A DNA stretch of 64,000 nt from an uncultured Acidobacteriota bacterium. Lineage in GTDB: Bacteria; Acidobacteriota; Blastocatellia; RBC074. Shown one piece after another: positions 61,169 to 64,000 of this stretch. A program made the position numbers and the translations under genes. How positions within the stretch are numbered: the first letter of the stretch is position 1; each line of letters begins with the position of its first letter. The stretch spans positions 512,001 to 576,000 of the forward strand of contig CAWCKY010000002.1 of the NCBI GenBank assembly GCA_963796275.1, given 5' to 3'. The notes under the pieces are model-generated. The model searched no databases. It saw only the letters and a program-made list of their open reading frames with translations, and was not told the DNA's origin.

Positions 61169-61456
61169 ATGCTCAGGATTACAACGTGTAACAGACCGGA
61201 GACGACGAGCTTCATCATTGAGGGGAGATTGGCAGGTCACCTAATCCTAGAACTTGATCGATGTTGGCAAGCCGCCATCTCAAAAGATCCGCGCACAACC
61301 ATTATGGTAGATTTGAGCGGAGCAACGTGCATCGATGCGCAAGGGAAACAATTTTTGGCCCAAATGCACAGGAATGGAGCCAAATTGATAGGTACCGGGC
61401 TTATGGCGGATTTCATCATTCGTGAAATCGAGAGTACGATGCATCAGTGCCCATAA
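61169..61456 (+). CDS. Small STAS-like domain protein
   Basis: LRIT...IEGRLAG...EL..CW, VDLSG.TCIDAQGK..L..M...GA.L. Confidence 0.8.
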   Translation: MLRITTCNRPETTSFIIEGRLAGHLILELDRCWQAAISKDPRTTIMVDLSGATCIDAQGKQFLAQMHRNGAKLIGTGLMADFIIREIESTMHQCP

Positions 61457-61583
61457 CCCGTCAGGTGGCTGTATAACGTCACCGTCAGCGGCCAAATCAT
61501 CCTTACAAAGAATGGCCCTCCAGCAAAATATCAATTGCACACTCAGAGATTTGACCCAGCGACAAAGAAGGCTGATGCAGTTT

Positions 61584-61599
61584 TGGCAAAGCACTTGCC
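61584..61599 (+). promoter_or_regulatory. Second sigma54 -24/-12 promoter, upstream of the RND operon
   Basis: TGGCAAAGCACTTGCC with exact GG-N10-GC spacing. Confidence 0.7.
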
Positions 61600-61653
61600 A
61601 TTACAACCCGGGAGAAGTTGAGGGAGGTTGATGATAATCACGGAGAAAAATGA

Positions 61654-62922
61654 ATGAGGTCAATATTGAACCAGAAAATAGCGATTGTTGTAGCAGTCAG
61701 TTGTTTGATTTTAGTTGTGATGCTTATCGCACTCGGCCGTTCGAATGAGAAAAAGGCACCGGTGGCAGCAAGTCTGCCTGAAGTAGTGGTCGCTCCGGTC
61801 GTGCAGAAAGATGTTCCCATTTACAGCGAATGGATAGGCACTCTGGACGGTTTGGTGAACGCCGAGATCAGAGCGCAGGTCTCCGGCTACCTGCTCAGTC
61901 GAAACTACACAGAGGGATCCTTTGTAAAAAAAGGCCAGTTATTATTTGAGATAGATCCCAGGCCGTTTCAGGCGGCCTTCGATCAAGCCAAAGGTAACCT
62001 CGCACAGGCAGAAGGGCAGCTTGCGCAGGCAAACGCCCAGCTATTACAGGCGCAGGCGCAGTTGGCACAGGCCGAAGCGAACCAGGTGAAAACGCAACTC
62101 GATGTGGATCGTTATACCCCGCTCGCGCGGCAGAATGCGATCACGAATCAGGAGCTGGATAATGCAGTCCAGGCCAATCTAGCCTCCAAGGCCGAAGTCA
62201 AGGCCGCGAACGCCCGGGTAGAGACGGCTAAGGCGGCGATCATAGCGACGAAGGCGTCCGTCGAAGCGGCCGGCGCCGCGGTCCACATGGCTGAACTCAA
62301 TCTGGGATTCACCAGGATAAGTTCGCCTATCGATGGCATCGCGGGCATCGCTCAGGCACAGGTGGGCAACCTGGTCAACCCGAGCAGCGGGTTACTCGCC
62401 ACTGTTTCTACGGTCGATCCCATCAAGGTCTATTTCACGCTCAGCGAGCGTGAGTATCTGATCAACAGCAAGCGCAGCCCGAAGGAACGCGACGCGGCGA
62501 ACAATAAACTCGTGCTGGAGCTGGTACTGGTTGACGGTACTACTTATTCGCATAAGGGACGTTTCTTTGTGGCGGACCGTGAGGTCAGCCGGGAGACGGG
62601 GGCGATCCGGATCGCCGGTCTCTTCTCGAATCCCGGCAACACCCTGCGCCCGGGCCAGTATGGTCGTGTCCGGGCCGTGACGAGCTTGAAGGAGAATGCG
62701 CTTCTCGTCCCCCAACGCGCGGTAACCGAATTGCAGGGCAGCTACCGGGTCGCAGTTGTGGGGAGCGACAACAAGGTGGCCATACGCCCAGTAAAGGTCG
62801 GCGACCGCGTCGATTCGATGTGGATTATCGAGGACGGGCTGAAACCCGATGAAAGCGTCGTCGCCGAGGGTACGCAGAAAGTCAGGCCGGATATGATGGT
62901 GATACCGAAGCCCTCCCAATGA
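61654..62922 (+). CDS. RND efflux periplasmic adaptor (membrane fusion protein)
   Basis: AEIRAQVSGYL, GSFVKKGQLLFEIDP, long helical hairpin, ISSPIDG, LRPGQY, LVPQRAV. Confidence 0.93.
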   Translation: MRSILNQKIAIVVAVSCLILVVMLIALGRSNEKKAPVAASLPEVVVAPVVQKDVPIYSEWIGTLDGLVNAEIRAQVSGYLLSRNYTEGSFVKKGQLLFEIDPRPFQAAFDQAKGNLAQAEGQLAQANAQLLQAQAQLAQAEANQVKTQLDVDRYTPLARQNAITNQELDNAVQANLASKAEVKAANARVETAKAAIIATKASVEAAGAAVHMAELNLGFTRISSPIDGIAGIAQAQVGNLVNPSSGLLATVSTVDPIKVYFTLSEREYLINSKRSPKERDAANNKLVLELVLVDGTTYSHKGRFFVADREVSRETGAIRIAGLFSNPGNTLRPGQYGRVRAVTSLKENALLVPQRAVTELQGSYRVAVVGSDNKVAIRPVKVGDRVDSMWIIEDGLKPDESVVAEGTQKVRPDMMVIPKPSQ

Positions 62923-63084
62923 GGGGCTTGCGTAAAAATCAGAACCGAGTATCGCCACCGATGAAATAAAAAGGGACAACAAAGCACAAAACAGATGGCT
63001 CATATCCCCTTACCGAACCTACTTTTGTGTTTTTCGTCCCTTTGTGTTTTTGTGGCGCCGTTTTTTCAGAAGCGAGGTTAATCT

Positions 63085-64000
63085 ATGATTTCCAATTTCT
63101 TCATCAAGCGCCCGATTGTGGCAATGGTCATTGCCATCGTCACGGTGATCGTCGGTTTCATCGCAATGCAGAGACTGCCGCTGGCTCAGTTTCCCGAGAT
63201 TATTCCGCCGCAGATCATCACGTCGACGAACTACACGGGGGCGGACGCAATAACGATCGAGGGGGCGGTCTCGACGCCGCTGGAACAGCAGATGAATGGA
63301 GTGGACAACATGTTCATACATGCAGTCCACCAACGCGAACGACGGAACGCAGCAGTTGACCGTGACGTTTGATGTCGATACCGATGTCAACATCGATCAG
63401 GTAAACGTGCAGAACCGAGTGGCGCAGGCTGAGCCGAATCTACCGAGCGATGTCAACCAGTTCGGCATATCAATTCGCAGGTCTACCGGACTTCCCATGC
63501 TCGTCATCGCGCTCACATCCCCCAAGAAGAGCTATGATGCTCTCTTTCTGTCCAACTACGCCAATATCAACATCAACGACGTGCTCTACCGCATCCCGGG
63601 GGTAGGCCAGATAACCCTCTTCGGCGCCAGCGATTACGCGATGAGGATATGGGTCAAGCCGGATGTGCTGGCCAAGCTGGGGCTGGGGGTGCCAGACCTC
63701 GCCAATGCTATTCGCCAGCAAAGTACCGTCAATCCCAGCGGCCAGGTTGGCGCCGAGCCCGCATCCTTAGGGAAAGAGGTGACCTATACGGTTCGCTCGC
63801 AAGGGCGGTTGCAGACGCCCGAAGAGTTCGGCCAGGTGGTCGTTCGCTCGAATCCCGACGGCTCAGTCGTTCGGTTAAAGGATGTTGCGCGGATCGAGCT
63901 CGGCTCCCTCAATTATCAACAGCGAACGCGGCTCAATGGCGAAGCAGCCGCATTCATCGGGATATTTCAGTCCCCCGGTTCAAACGCGCTCGCCACCGCC
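63085..64000 (+). CDS. HAE1-family RND permease (AcrB/MexB-like), 5' part, apparent +1 frameshift near 63316, truncated by window end
   Basis: FFIKRPIVAMVIAI, LPLAQFPEI, PLEQQMNGVDNM; the shifted frame continues YMQSTNANDG...VQNRVAQAEPNLP...YAMRIWVKPD to the window end. Confidence 0.9.

Overview
Bacterial chromosome segment, most consistent with an Acidobacteriota (Blastocatellia-like) genome. The evidence is the rplM-rpsI-rpsB-tsf-pyrH-frr order, a short EF-Ts, winged-helix/TPR regulators, a remnant of an ABC permease, a DUF1501/PSD1 pair and an FhlA-like activator next to an RND pump. The window holds about 45 genes: a translation core, queE-queC, envelope proteases and TPR/PDZ proteins, a 5-oxoprolinase with an MFS transporter, and a secreted polysaccharide lyase. 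I found no rRNA, tRNA, CRISPR array or intact transposase. The best candidate for an uncharacterised system is a compact operon of a PPOX-like gene, DUF2760 (which I read as GrpE-like) and two non-canonical Hsp70 paralogues with no J-protein nearby. Other leads are an M1 aminopeptidase-TPR protein that has lost its zinc ligands, a TetR-ABA4-like module with two matching operators, FadR-type boxes upstream of the lyase, twin sigma54 promoters, dispersed heptamer arrays and REP/MITE-like hairpins, and two gene remnants. Single-base frameshifts in rpsI and the RND permease, and an odd tsf 3' end, suggest sequencing or assembly noise. All calls come from motif reading; no database searches were run.
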